A stretch of 31,660 nt of DNA from Candidatus Sericytochromatia bacterium (GTDB lineage: Bacteria > Cyanobacteriota > Sericytochromatia > S15B-MN24 > UBA4093). The stretch lies in assembly GCA_036676985.1 (NCBI GenBank), contig JAKFBU010000068.1:1-31660 (forward strand), in the 5' to 3' direction. A program made the translations under genes and the position numbers. Shown here one piece after another: positions 9,389 to 18,564 of the stretch; position 1 is the stretch's first letter; every line of letters begins with the position of its first letter. The notes beneath the pieces were generated by a model, which ran no database searches, was not told the origin of the DNA, and was given only the letters and a program-made list of their open reading frames with translations.

Positions 9389-10721
9389 GCGTCCCCCCAG
9401 AGGCCTTGCGGCGCGCCAGGTAGCGGGCCCCTCGTGCGCGAAGGCCCGGCCAGCCCTCGCTTTGCAGGGCGAGTAGTGCCTTGGTGGCAAGCGAGAAAGG
9501 GCCACGAGCCAGGGGTGACGATGTCGCGATGGGGCGTGCGGTCGTATAGGGTGCCGTGCAGTAGACCACCAGAGGCCCGATAGCCCGCTCCCAGTTCAAA
9601 GTAGGAGCGATGGTCCGTACCCGCTCCGCTCGCGTTAGCTGCCACTCCTGATCGGAAAAACGATTGAAGGCGTTCAGCCAGCCCGCGACGTCTCCGGGTT
9701 CCATTGCCAACCCCAATCCCTTACCCTCTACCAGATCGCCCATGGCGTCCCCCGTGGAAGTCAAGACGGGCAGGCCGGCCCAGAGGTAGTCCAGGATACG
9801 AGTGCGGAACGAGAATCGAGTCTCCAGGTGCTCCAGGTGAGCCGAAAAACCGCCATCTGCCTCCAAGAGCAGGCTCCCGCGCTCCTCGTAGGGGACCCAT
9901 TCATCCAGAAAGAACACTTTACTTCCCAGCACTCCCAGCTCGGCCGCTAGTTCGCGGGCCCGGAGGGCCATCGCCATCGGGGGGGTGGTGGGATTGGGGG
10001 ATTGGGTGCCCGCAAAGACGAGCTTGAGATCGGAGTCGGAACGCTGCGACATGGCTCGGATGGGCGTCAGGGGATCAAGCCAATCCCAGATCCCGCCGCC
10101 CCAGAGGAGGACGCGATCGGACTCGGCGACGCCGGTTAGGATGCCCTTTATTCGCTTACGTCCCGGCACCGGCGGATGGGTCGGCAGGCCGAACGGCACC
10201 ACGCCGAGCAGGCGACGGGCGCTCGGATCGTCGGTGAAGGCCTCGGGACCGAGGCGTCCCAGCGCGCATAGGCGACCCAACCAGTAGTCACGCTGGCGCT
10301 CGCTCGCGCAAATCATGAAGTCAGCCACCCGCATCTGGTCGGCAAGGTATCGGTGGTGCTCCGCATACAGCATCCGATCGAGCGTCCCGCCCGCGGTGCC
10401 GGCGAGCTCCTCGAGGAGCATAGGGTCGTAAAGGTCGAGCACCGTATGCTTGCCAAGCCGAAAGAGCTCGGGATGCTGCGCGAATACGAAGCCACCCGCC
10501 ACCAGGACGTCAAAGCCCCGGGCCAAGGCAACTAGCTTTCCGCCCGTCACGCCGCCTGTTACCGGGAAGCCGGGATCCCATCCGGGCTCGACGGCCTGCA
10601 GGCTCACCAGCTCCGCCGCCACCGCATTCCGCAGGTGCCGCACCAGCTCGCAGGCCCGGATGGCGGGTCCGGCCATGCGGGTGCCAAGGCGATCGTCCGT
10701 CAGGACCAAGACTCGGATCAT
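9381..10721 (-). CDS. GT-B fold (GT4-like) glycosyltransferase, 'MAGPAIR' family, copy 2
   Basis: RMAGPAIR, DLYDP, ICASERQRD, LWGGGIWDWLDPLT, WVPY and ETRFSFRTRILDYLWAGLPV motifs; clear paralog of 15646..17019. Confidence 0.8.
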   Translation of the reverse strand: MIRVLVLTDDRLGTRMAGPAIRACELVRHLRNAVAAELVSLQAVEPGWDPGFPVTGGVTGGKLVALARGFDVLVAGGFVFAQHPELFRLGKHTVLDLYDPMLLEELAGTAGGTLDRMLYAEHHRYLADQMRVADFMICASERQRDYWLGRLCALGRLGPEAFTDDPSARRLLGVVPFGLPTHPPVPGRKRIKGILTGVAESDRVLLWGGGIWDWLDPLTPIRAMSQRSDSDLKLVFAGTQSPNPTTPPMAMALRARELAAELGVLGSKVFFLDEWVPYEERGSLLLEADGGFSAHLEHLETRFSFRTRILDYLWAGLPVLTSTGDAMGDLVEGKGLGLAMEPGDVAGWLNAFNRFSDQEWQLTRAERVRTIAPTLNWERAIGPLVVYCTAPYTTARPIATSSPLARGPFSLATKALLALQSEGWPGLRARGARYLARRKASGGTHG

Positions 10722-10724
10722 CGC

Positions 10725-11669
10725 TCACTCCTGCATCGAGGGGCGAACCGAGCGCATGCTCACGCCCTCGACCAGATAGACCAATGCACCGAGCGCCCCC
10801 ACGATTAGGAGCATCGCTAGGCTCAGGATCCCGACGGCCAGGGCCTCGGGAGCTCCGATCCCGATCTTGCCGAGGAATAGGACGAGCGTGCCCTCCCGGA
10901 TGCCCAGCCCATTGACCGAAAGCGGTAAGCTGCTTAAGAGGACCATGACCGGAACGAAGGCCAGTACGTAAGTCAGGGAGATGGCCTTTCCGATGGCGAG
11001 GATCAGGAAATAGTGCATCACCGCGTTGAGGTATTGGGTGAAGACCGCGAGGCCCCAAATGACGGCCACCCGACCGGGCACACCGGGCGCTCCCAACAGG
11101 TCGACGGTGCGCTGCAGCCAGGCGTTCCGCTCGCGCCAAGTGGCAAAGCGCGGCAGCCCCAAGAATCTGGGCAGCGCGAATGGCAAGCTCCCGACGATGA
11201 GGGCAACGGCGATCATCTGCCAGGAGACGACCGCACGCATCTCGGGCGCAAAGGCCATGGCGACGGCCGAGACCACCAGGAGCGAGTGCAGGGCCAGGAA
11301 TCTATCGATGACCACCGATCCGACAGACAGCCCAGTCGCTCCCGAGTACCGCGCGAGCTTGTAGGCACGAACCGCGTCGCCGCCGAAGCTCGAGGGCAGG
11401 AAGGTGTTGAAGAACATCCCGACCAGATAGGCGCTCGAAAGGGGACCGAAAGGCACCTTGACGCCCTGGAGCCCGTTGACCCATTGCCACTTGAGGATGT
11501 TGAGGATCTGAATCAATCCCCAGAGACCGATCGCCGTCAGGATCTCGGGCAGCCTGGTCATTAGCAAGACCGAGAGAGCCTGCGCGGGACTACCCATCCG
11601 CATGAGGATGAATAGGGCGGCCAGACTGACGGCCAGTTGTAGCAGGAGCTTGAGCGATCGGTTGCTCAT
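10725..11669 (-). CDS. UPF0104 / lysylphosphatidylglycerol-synthase TM-domain flippase-like membrane protein
   Basis: ATG 11669 in an ATGA overlap; about 8 TMs; motifs KWQ, FFNTFLPSSFGGD..RAY, SVVIDR and LPLSVNGLGIREG. Confidence 0.82.
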   Translation of the reverse strand: MSNRSLKLLLQLAVSLAALFILMRMGSPAQALSVLLMTRLPEILTAIGLWGLIQILNILKWQWVNGLQGVKVPFGPLSSAYLVGMFFNTFLPSSFGGDAVRAYKLARYSGATGLSVGSVVIDRFLALHSLLVVSAVAMAFAPEMRAVVSWQMIAVALIVGSLPFALPRFLGLPRFATWRERNAWLQRTVDLLGAPGVPGRVAVIWGLAVFTQYLNAVMHYFLILAIGKAISLTYVLAFVPVMVLLSSLPLSVNGLGIREGTLVLFLGKIGIGAPEALAVGILSLAMLLIVGALGALVYLVEGVSMRSVRPSMQE

Positions 11670-12688
11670 TTTTTCAGCGCGAGCTCCTGAGCAGTAATCG
11701 CGAAACGATCGAACCATGCGGATACCTCGGCGCTCTTCACCTTACGGAAGCGCCGGATCTCTCGCCGTTGGCGCATGAGTCGGGGTAGGTGGCACACGAA
11801 ATGGCCATAAGCCTTCAAGAGGATGGCGATGAGGCCAGTGGCAGGGGCCGTTTTGGCATACTCGCCTGCCGCCCCACGACCTGCCAGGACACTATAGGCC
11901 TGCAAGCCATAGCGAAAGAACGAGTAGAAGGGGCTCGCCAAGATCATACGCCAGGGAAAGAGGCGCATCCGGAGGTAAAGGTGGTTACGCTCGACCAGAT
12001 AGGCTTTGAAGGCCGAGTACTTTCCGGAACTTGCCGAATAGTGGTGATAGACGATGGCCGTCGGGACGTACCAGCAGCGGCCACCGGCAAGGCGGATGCG
12101 CATGCCGAGATCCATGTCCTCGCAATAGGCAAAGAAGTCGGCAGGGAACATGCCGACCTTCACGAGGACGCTCCGCCGGTACAAGCCCGCGCAACCGCTC
12201 GGCGCGAAGACCTCGCGAGGCTCCTGATAGCGCTCTACCGGCTCGAGCCGGCCCAATCCCCGCGACATACCGTCCCGGTAGACGATGATCCCGACGGTGT
12301 CCAACACTTCCGGTTGATCGTAGGAGCGGATCTGAGAGGCGAACATATCGCAGTCCGGGTAAACCTCGACGGCGGACATCAACTCCGATAGCCAGCTTGC
12401 CTCAACGACCGTGTCGTTGTTGAGGACGAGCACCCAATCGCCCTTGGCCTGTCGAATGCCGACGTTGTTGCCCTCGGAATAGCCGAGATTCTGCTCGTTG
12501 CGAATAGCTGCATGCCCGTGCGCTGCGCACCAGTCCCGCGCGATCTCCCATGAGCCATCCGCCGAGGCGTTGTCCACCACAAGCAGCTCGAAGTCCCTGT
12601 AAGTCTGGGACTCGATCGAGTTCAGGCACTCCTTCAGAAAGTCCAGGCCGTTATAGTTGAGGACGATGATCGAGACCTTGGGACTCAC
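11666..12688 (-). CDS. GT2 glycosyltransferase
   Basis: GTG 12688 (GTGA overlap, SD GGAGG). Motifs VSIIVLNYNG, VDNASADGS, NLGYSEGNN.G, VLNNDT, SGCAGLYRR and FFAYCEDMDLG.R. Confidence 0.85.
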   Translation of the reverse strand: MSPKVSIIVLNYNGLDFLKECLNSIESQTYRDFELLVVDNASADGSWEIARDWCAAHGHAAIRNEQNLGYSEGNNVGIRQAKGDWVLVLNNDTVVEASWLSELMSAVEVYPDCDMFASQIRSYDQPEVLDTVGIIVYRDGMSRGLGRLEPVERYQEPREVFAPSGCAGLYRRSVLVKVGMFPADFFAYCEDMDLGMRIRLAGGRCWYVPTAIVYHHYSASSGKYSAFKAYLVERNHLYLRMRLFPWRMILASPFYSFFRYGLQAYSVLAGRGAAGEYAKTAPATGLIAILLKAYGHFVCHLPRLMRQRREIRRFRKVKSAEVSAWFDRFAITAQELALKK

Positions 12689-13065
12689 CGTGTGGCCTCC
12701 TCCCGATCTGCCTCGCGCAGCGCCTCGAACTCCAGTCGCAACAGCCCGAGCTCCTGGGCAAGCTCGCGGTTTTTGTCGGCCAGCTTGCTGATGACCAGCG
12801 AATAGTGCAAGAGGAGTAAGTACACCCCCATGATGAGAATGAGGAAAAGAGCCGCCGGAGGATAGGCCACGCCCAGCGCATGGGAGATGCGCGTCAACAG
12901 ATCCCGCCACAGCGACAGGACGAGAAAGGCTCCCCCAATACCCAACCAGAGCAGCGCGTACTCCTCGCGTAACTGCTTGCCCCGAAGGAGGTGAAAGATC
13001 GTCGCCAGCATCACGAGGCTGCCCAGGACGGCCACGACCTGGATGCGGAAGATTTGGACATCCAT
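12685..13065 (-). CDS. DUF2304-family small membrane protein (GacJ/Rv3632-like activator of polyprenyl-P-sugar synthase)
   Basis: 126 aa with 3 TMs; LREEYALLW and LGVAYPP.ALF motifs; C-terminal coiled segment ISKL..KN.ELAQELGLL; directly downstream of a DPM1-like GT2. Confidence 0.85.
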   Translation of the reverse strand: MDVQIFRIQVVAVLGSLVMLATIFHLLRGKQLREEYALLWLGIGGAFLVLSLWRDLLTRISHALGVAYPPAALFLILIMGVYLLLLHYSLVISKLADKNRELAQELGLLRLEFEALREADREEATR

Positions 13066-13068
13066 GCC

Positions 13069-13875
13069 TCAGGACCTCCCGTTCCGAAGGGGGGGCCGCA
13101 CCATGTTCAGCCCGATGGCCAGTAGCACCTTGATCATGTAGTAGGCGGACTTTAAGCCGTGGATGGAGGAATGTCCGCCCTGCCGCTCCTCCATGGCCAC
13201 CGGAATCTCCTTGATCCGGAAGCCATTTCGGCCAAGCAATATGACGGCCTCGGGCTCGGGATAGTCGACCGGATAGTGTTTGGCCAAGAAAGCAATCGCC
13301 TCGCGGCCATAGGCCCTGAAGCCTGAGGTGTTGTCTGTGATCGGCTGCCGAATCGCCAGCGAATTGACGACCGCGAACAGTCGGATGCCGATCCGGCGCA
13401 GGGCCGTCGATCGAAACGAGTCGATCCCCAGGAAACGGGAGCCGATCACCATGTCATAGCGCCCCGCCTCGAGGGCTCTGACGAGGCCACGTATCTCCTC
13501 GGCCTTGTGCTGCCCGTCTCCGTCGACCTGAACGACTACCTCGAAGCCACGGCGAGTGGCGAACTTGAATCCCGTCTGAACCGCGCCACCAATGCCCAAG
13601 TTGCAGGGTAGATCCACCACCGTGCACTGGCCGGTCCTCCGCGCCAGGCGCGACGTCTCGTCGGACGAGCCATCGTTGACCACGAGGATCGTTGCCTCCG
13701 GCAGTTGCGTAGCGAGATCTCCGACCACTCGGACGATGTTGGCTGCCTCGTTGTAGGCCGGCACGACCAATAATAGGCGCGTACCGACGGCCGCACTGTC
13801 CTCCAAGGCTGCAGGCAACCCTTGCAAAGCCTGGCTCATTGCTGGCACTCGAGCTTCCATATTAGCCCCGCTCAC
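13069..13875 (-). CDS. GT2 polyprenyl-phosphate (amino)sugar synthase, GacI/PpgS-like
   Basis: VVPAYNE, VNDGSSD, NLGIGGAVQTG, QVDGDGQH, IGSRF, DNTSGFRA, YPVDYPE and ERQGGHSSI motifs. Start is uncertain (GTG 13875 or a downstream ATG such as 13860). Confidence 0.85.
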   Translation of the reverse strand: MSGANMEARVPAMSQALQGLPAALEDSAAVGTRLLLVVPAYNEAANIVRVVGDLATQLPEATILVVNDGSSDETSRLARRTGQCTVVDLPCNLGIGGAVQTGFKFATRRGFEVVVQVDGDGQHKAEEIRGLVRALEAGRYDMVIGSRFLGIDSFRSTALRRIGIRLFAVVNSLAIRQPITDNTSGFRAYGREAIAFLAKHYPVDYPEPEAVILLGRNGFRIKEIPVAMEERQGGHSSIHGLKSAYYMIKVLLAIGLNMVRPPLRNGRS

Positions 13876-14175
13876 TCATGCCAAGCTATCCCGTCCATGG
13901 CGGGCAACCTTGCGTACCGACCAGGCCAATGCTCCCATTCCCACCAAGGTGAGCGTCGGAAACGCCACCAGGATGATGGTATTGAAGGGCGGCTTCAGAG
14001 CAGGGGGCTTGTATTGCCCCATGCGCATGACGAGCGAGGCGTTGGTAGGCGTCGCACGTAACCAGTACAGGTCCCGCTGCTGGAGCCCGACACAAATCCG
14101 GATCGCATAAAACAGCGTCAGGCCGATAAAGAAGCCGACTCCAAGCCTCCAAGCCCATGTCCACACTTTAGACAT
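13876..14175 (-). CDS. Small two-TM hypothetical protein (99 aa)
   Basis: ATG 14175 overlaps the upstream stop and its stop abuts the next start, so it fills the operon gap exactly. Two hydrophobic segments flank RMGQYKP. Confidence 0.65.
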   Translation of the reverse strand: MSKVWTWAWRLGVGFFIGLTLFYAIRICVGLQQRDLYWLRATPTNASLVMRMGQYKPPALKPPFNTIILVAFPTLTLVGMGALAWSVRKVARHGRDSLA

Positions 14176-15649
14176 AATAGCGCTCAATCAGACGAAGCCA
14201 GCAGGCGAGATTCAGGCAAAGGGCTCCAAGGGCGATCGCCGCCGCGGTCCATCGGTCCTTGCCCGTGGGGGCCAGGTAAAGGCACCCGGCGAACACTGTC
14301 AACATGGTCGGCACCAGCACTGGCAGCCAGTAGCGCCCTTGAAGCATTGGGATGCCAGTGCGATTGACAACCTGATACTCTGCTAGATAGAGAAACGCCA
14401 AGAATGCAAGAGAAACAGTACCGGCCCCCAGCAAGAGGGCACGCCCCTCCGTTTGGCTCGACTTGATCCACCGCCAGGCTCCGATGGCCCCCACGACCAT
14501 AAAGAGCGTTACGAGGCGATAGGCAGGATCTTCGACCACCGTATCAAGCCATCCGAAGGAGCCCCAGAACTGGACCACCCAAAGGACGTGGGTCCGAGAC
14601 AGCCCCGGCTGAAGGAGCCATTGCCATGCATATTCCCACAAGGACAGGCCGGGGGCCGTCGTCAGCCCGAGCAACGACGGCATCCATGCCCCATACACGG
14701 CCTTGCAGAACAAGATCCAGGGAAGATAAGCTCCGGTCAGGAGGGCGGCGTACCCTGCCAAGAAACCCATGAGCCGCCCTATGCCCTCACGTCGGGCCAC
14801 CGTGCCCGCCAGAGCGGCGACAGGCACGATCACGACCAAGGGCAACATCTGCGGCTTGGTGAGCATGCCGACGCCAGCCACGATCCCGAGCGCCATCCCC
14901 ATCCTCCACGAGGCACCGTGTTTCCAGACGATGGCCAATCCTAGCGCGACGAGACTACCGCACGCGACGAGCATGGCATCGTTGTTCACCGACACACCGC
15001 TCATGGACAACATGGGCTGCAAGCCTACCAGCAAGGCGAAGGAGGCTCGGACCAGCAAGCTTGACCACAGCATGCCGGCCACTCGGAAGGCGGCCCACGC
15101 AGTCACCAGGACGTACAGGATCGACAAGGCTCGTACGGCAAAAACGCGCGCTAGAACGGTGTCACCCCCGAAGAGGCGATAGGCGAAGGCTGCTGGATAG
15201 TAGTAGCCGGGCGGATAGGGAGCGGCCGATGAGTTGCCATCGCTCAGGCGGTCAGCACGGGTCATTTTCGCCAGGGCCTCTTCGGCGGGCCCCAAGGTCG
15301 ATGTCGTGAAGAGCGGCCGGTTCTCCGGATGGAAAGCGAGGTGGTTCAGGCTCCCGTTCACTTCCGTGTGGTTGACCTCGGCAGAAGAGACGTTTGGCGG
15401 ACGTTCCGGGTTGAAGACGGGCACCCTCCCCGTCTCAGCGAGGTACTGGACGTACTGGAAGTGGGCCGGCTCATCGGGCGTTTGCCAAATGGGGATCACC
15501 GCCAACCATGCCAATTGTTTAACCAGCAGAAAGGCAAGTACGGCGAACAGCACCCATGCGGTCCGACTACCATGTTCGGATGGCTCGCCCTCGTACCGAG
15601 CGAGAGAAGAGGCCTTGAGGTTGTGCGTCGTATCCATTGCTTTCATCAT
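14168..15649 (-). CDS. GT-C-type integral membrane glycosyltransferase (DUF2142/GacL-like)
   Basis: More than 10 hydrophobic segments; first external loop PIWQTPDEPAH; motifs YPPGYY, SVNND, TKPQ, FWGSFGW.D and QGRYWLP. Confidence 0.78.
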   Translation of the reverse strand: MMKAMDTTHNLKASSLARYEGEPSEHGSRTAWVLFAVLAFLLVKQLAWLAVIPIWQTPDEPAHFQYVQYLAETGRVPVFNPERPPNVSSAEVNHTEVNGSLNHLAFHPENRPLFTTSTLGPAEEALAKMTRADRLSDGNSSAAPYPPGYYYPAAFAYRLFGGDTVLARVFAVRALSILYVLVTAWAAFRVAGMLWSSLLVRASFALLVGLQPMLSMSGVSVNNDAMLVACGSLVALGLAIVWKHGASWRMGMALGIVAGVGMLTKPQMLPLVVIVPVAALAGTVARREGIGRLMGFLAGYAALLTGAYLPWILFCKAVYGAWMPSLLGLTTAPGLSLWEYAWQWLLQPGLSRTHVLWVVQFWGSFGWLDTVVEDPAYRLVTLFMVVGAIGAWRWIKSSQTEGRALLLGAGTVSLAFLAFLYLAEYQVVNRTGIPMLQGRYWLPVLVPTMLTVFAGCLYLAPTGKDRWTAAAIALGALCLNLACWLRLIERYYV

Positions 15650-17019
15650 TGGACTCGGGGTCTCAAGGACATGCGACGTCCGACGAACCTCACGCCCTTG
15701 TCTAGCACCCCGCCGATCCCGTCATTTTCCAAAACCTTCAAGGTCTTGCCCACAAGTTTACGGGCCCGTGAGAGTGCCGTCCCCCGATTATAGGTCAAGG
15801 ACACCGACCAGTACGACCGTGCCGACCGATACGGCGCCTCGCAATAGTGGCGCAGGGGGGCTGCCACCTGCGACCACCGGTATTCGTCTGCGACGGCCCG
15901 GACGTTTGCCCTAGCCGACTGTTGGAAGGATGCGTCGTCGAGCACTCTCGTCAGGGCCACGACCCAATCGTCCACCGATCCGTAGCGCGTGACCATCCCG
16001 AGCCCGCGGCTGGCGACCAACTCGGCCATGGCGTCCCCCTCGGTCGAGACTACCGGCAAGCCAGCCCACAGGTAGTCGAGCACGCGCGTCCGGAAGGAGA
16101 ATCGAGTCTCGACGGAATCGAAGTGCGACGAGACGCCGATGTCCGCCTCGGCCAGGTAGTTCTGACGGTCGGTGTAAGGCACCCAGTCATGGTTGAAGAA
16201 GACGTAGCGTTCCTTGAGGCCCAACTCTTCGGCCAATTGTACTGCCTGAGCGGCCATGGCCATCTCAGGGATCTCGGGATTGGGATGCTTGACCCCGAGA
16301 AAGTAGAGCTTGACGTCCTGACGCCTCTCGGCTATTTGCCCCACGGCCCGGATCAACGTCAGGGGATCGAACCAGTTCCAGATCCCGCCGCCCCAGAGGA
16401 TCACCTTGTCGTTTTCCTCAATGCCGGGCACCACGCCCTTGAGGACTGGTCGCTCGTGCCGAGGGGGCTCATCCGAGACCCCAAAGGGCACCAGATCGAT
16501 CAGGTGGCGGAAGGAGGGGTCCGCATCGAATTGCACCGGCGTTAGCCTGCCGAGGGCACAGTAGCGACCGATCCACATGTCGCGCTGTCGCTCGCTCGCG
16601 CAGATTGAGAAGTCGGCGACCTCCATCTGCTCGTTCATCGTGTCCCAGAACTCCAGGAAGTCGCTCTTACCCTCATGAGGCAAGGAAAGTAGATGGGGAT
16701 AACTCTCAAAGAGAAAGGGATCATAAAGATCCATCACCAGGTACTTTCCAAGCTCTAAGAGGAACGGGAAGCGTCGCGGCATCAGCCCTTGCAACACCAG
16801 GACGTCCGAGTCCTCAGCCAGGGCGCGGAGGCGCCGGGGGTCATCCTCAAAAGAAACCACCTTGAAGGGCGCCTCGATGGCCCCATCCAGCGGCATGAGG
16901 CTCGTGACTGTCACCTCGCATGCCTCGGAGAGCTGGCGGGCGAGTTCGACGCACCGGATGGCGGGGCCCGCCATCCGGACGCCCACCACGTCATGCGTGA
17001 CGATGAGGACCCTGGTCAT
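15646..17019 (-). CDS. GT-B fold (GT4-like) glycosyltransferase, 'MAGPAIR' family, copy 1
   Basis: True start is ATG 17019 (ATGA overlap): MTRVLIVTHD..RMAGPAIR, then DLYDP, WGGGIWNWFDPLT and ETRFSFRTRVLDYLWAGLPV. Confidence 0.82.
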   Translation of the reverse strand: MTRVLIVTHDVVGVRMAGPAIRCVELARQLSEACEVTVTSLMPLDGAIEAPFKVVSFEDDPRRLRALAEDSDVLVLQGLMPRRFPFLLELGKYLVMDLYDPFLFESYPHLLSLPHEGKSDFLEFWDTMNEQMEVADFSICASERQRDMWIGRYCALGRLTPVQFDADPSFRHLIDLVPFGVSDEPPRHERPVLKGVVPGIEENDKVILWGGGIWNWFDPLTLIRAVGQIAERRQDVKLYFLGVKHPNPEIPEMAMAAQAVQLAEELGLKERYVFFNHDWVPYTDRQNYLAEADIGVSSHFDSVETRFSFRTRVLDYLWAGLPVVSTEGDAMAELVASRGLGMVTRYGSVDDWVVALTRVLDDASFQQSARANVRAVADEYRWSQVAAPLRHYCEAPYRSARSYWSVSLTYNRGTALSRARKLVGKTLKVLENDGIGGVLDKGVRFVGRRMSLRPRVQ

Positions 17020-18293
17020 CGATCTGCTCCTTGAGGTGCGGCAAGCCCGCCAAAGAGCGTCTCCAGACCGAGTTCGGCCGTAATGAGCGCATGGCTGTCC
17101 GGATAGCCTCCTCGGCCCTCGACGGGGGTAAGGGCGTCTCCAAAGCGCCGGAACACCTCCGCGTCCGAACGCCGGCGCCGCGCCTGGATGTCCGCCCGCT
17201 TTACGCGCACCCGGGGCAAGGCGTCGATGATGTCCTCCATGCCCACCACCGTGGCGTAGGCCTCGCGCAGAATGGGGGTGGCGGCCTCTTCGTAACCACC
17301 GCCCCCCCACCTGACGAGCACCTTCTTGGCGAACTGGACGAGGACCTTCTTGGCGGTCGCCTTGAGACCATTGCGTCTGAGGCTGGAAGCCAGCTTGCGC
17401 AGCCCTCCGGATCCCACCGGTGCGGGTCGAGCGAGCGCGGGGGCGAATCGATATGCCTCGCGATCGATGCCCGAACGAACCGCGAGTCGCTTGAAAGCGA
17501 GCAGTAGCGTGGCCGGCCAAACTTGACGCAGGGTCGCGTCCTCGTAATTCTTGAGGACCGAGAGCATGGCGTTGCGCTCGAAGAGCGCCACCTTTTTGCT
17601 AGCCGCAAAGCGGCTCGATGTCCCGTTGTGACGGTGACGGACCACCGCCTCTGGGCAGAACAAGACACGGTAACCGAGCACCCAGAGGCGCCAGCCCAGG
17701 TCCACGTCCTCATAGTAGGCAAAGTAGTCCTCGTCCAATCCCCCGACGTCCAGGTAGACTGACCGACGGATGACCATGGCCCCACCGCAGGCGAACAGCA
17801 ATTCCTTCGGGTAATCGCCGGCCTCCGCGGCATCGACGGGCAGGTCATATCCTGGCTGGAAGCCCATGCCGTTGAAGGCCATCGTGCCGCGGATGAAATC
17901 GACCCGGCTTCCGTCCCAGTTGAGGATGCGCGATCCCACGCACGCGACGTCGGATCCCGCCGCCTCGATGAAGTCCACCATGGTCTCCACCCAGTCATCG
18001 GCCAACCGCATGTCGTTGTTGACCAGTGCCAGAAACTCGCCTTCGGCGATCGCGGCCGCCTGATTATTGGGCCTCGCAAAGCCCATGTTGGTCTCGTTGC
18101 GCAGGACCCGAACGTCGGGGTAGCGCTGTTTCAGGAACTCGACTGTGCCGTCGGTCGAGCCATTGTCGACCACCAAGACCTCGATCCGATCAGCTGGATA
18201 GGTTTGGCGGGCGACGGACTCGAGCAACACCTCGAGATGGGCCCGGCCGTCCAGATTGACGGTGATCAGGCTGACGCGGGGACGTTGGTTCAC
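17016..18293 (-). CDS. GT2 glycosyltransferase, first gene of the leftward operon
   Basis: Likely GTG 18293 after GAGGAG (alternatively ATG 18305 or 18311). Motifs VSLITVN.DG, VDNGSTDG, NMGFARPNN, LVNNDM, LFACGGAM, YFAYYEDVDLGWR and FERNAM..KN. Confidence 0.85.
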   Translation of the reverse strand: MNQRPRVSLITVNLDGRAHLEVLLESVARQTYPADRIEVLVVDNGSTDGTVEFLKQRYPDVRVLRNETNMGFARPNNQAAAIAEGEFLALVNNDMRLADDWVETMVDFIEAAGSDVACVGSRILNWDGSRVDFIRGTMAFNGMGFQPGYDLPVDAAEAGDYPKELLFACGGAMVIRRSVYLDVGGLDEDYFAYYEDVDLGWRLWVLGYRVLFCPEAVVRHRHNGTSSRFAASKKVALFERNAMLSVLKNYEDATLRQVWPATLLLAFKRLAVRSGIDREAYRFAPALARPAPVGSGGLRKLASSLRRNGLKATAKKVLVQFAKKVLVRWGGGGYEEAATPILREAYATVVGMEDIIDALPRVRVKRADIQARRRRSDAEVFRRFGDALTPVEGRGGYPDSHALITAELGLETLFGGLAAPQGADR

Positions 18294-18339
18294 GGAACTC
18301 CTCATGACCATTGCCGAGGCGACGGGGGGGGCTGCCCCC

Positions 18340-18369
18340 AGTATAATACGGCCGACGAACTCTTGTCAG
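18340..18369 (-). promoter_or_regulatory. Candidate sigma70 promoter of the leftward GT operon
   Basis: Minus strand CTGACA(18369-18364)-18 nt-TATACT(18345-18340). Confidence 0.45.
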
Positions 18370-18496
18370 TCAGGAACGATGCCCTGTTGGACCGGATGTG
18401 CGTCCTTCGCTCCACGCCTCAAGGGGGAACATGGGCGCGACCAGCGCCGCGAGCCCCGCCGGACAGCGCTCGCCCATCGAGCAGGAGGCTCCAACG

Positions 18497-18525
18497 TTGA
18501 CCCCGCCTTGCTCGAGCGCTATAAT
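18497..18525 (+). promoter_or_regulatory. Sigma70-type promoter of wzm-wzt
   Basis: TTGACC(18497-18502)-17 nt-TATAAT(18520-18525), near-perfect consensus. Confidence 0.75.
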
Positions 18526-18564
18526 GGCCAAACCCGGCTTGCAATCAATATATGGGCGGCTGCC

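Noticed and set aside
17020-17520. N-terminal extension of the 624-aa ORF, and similar extensions on wzm, wzt and the GT2s
   Set aside because: The extensions overlap neighbouring genes or promoters. True starts are marked by ATGA/GTGA coupling, SD sites or domain boundaries.
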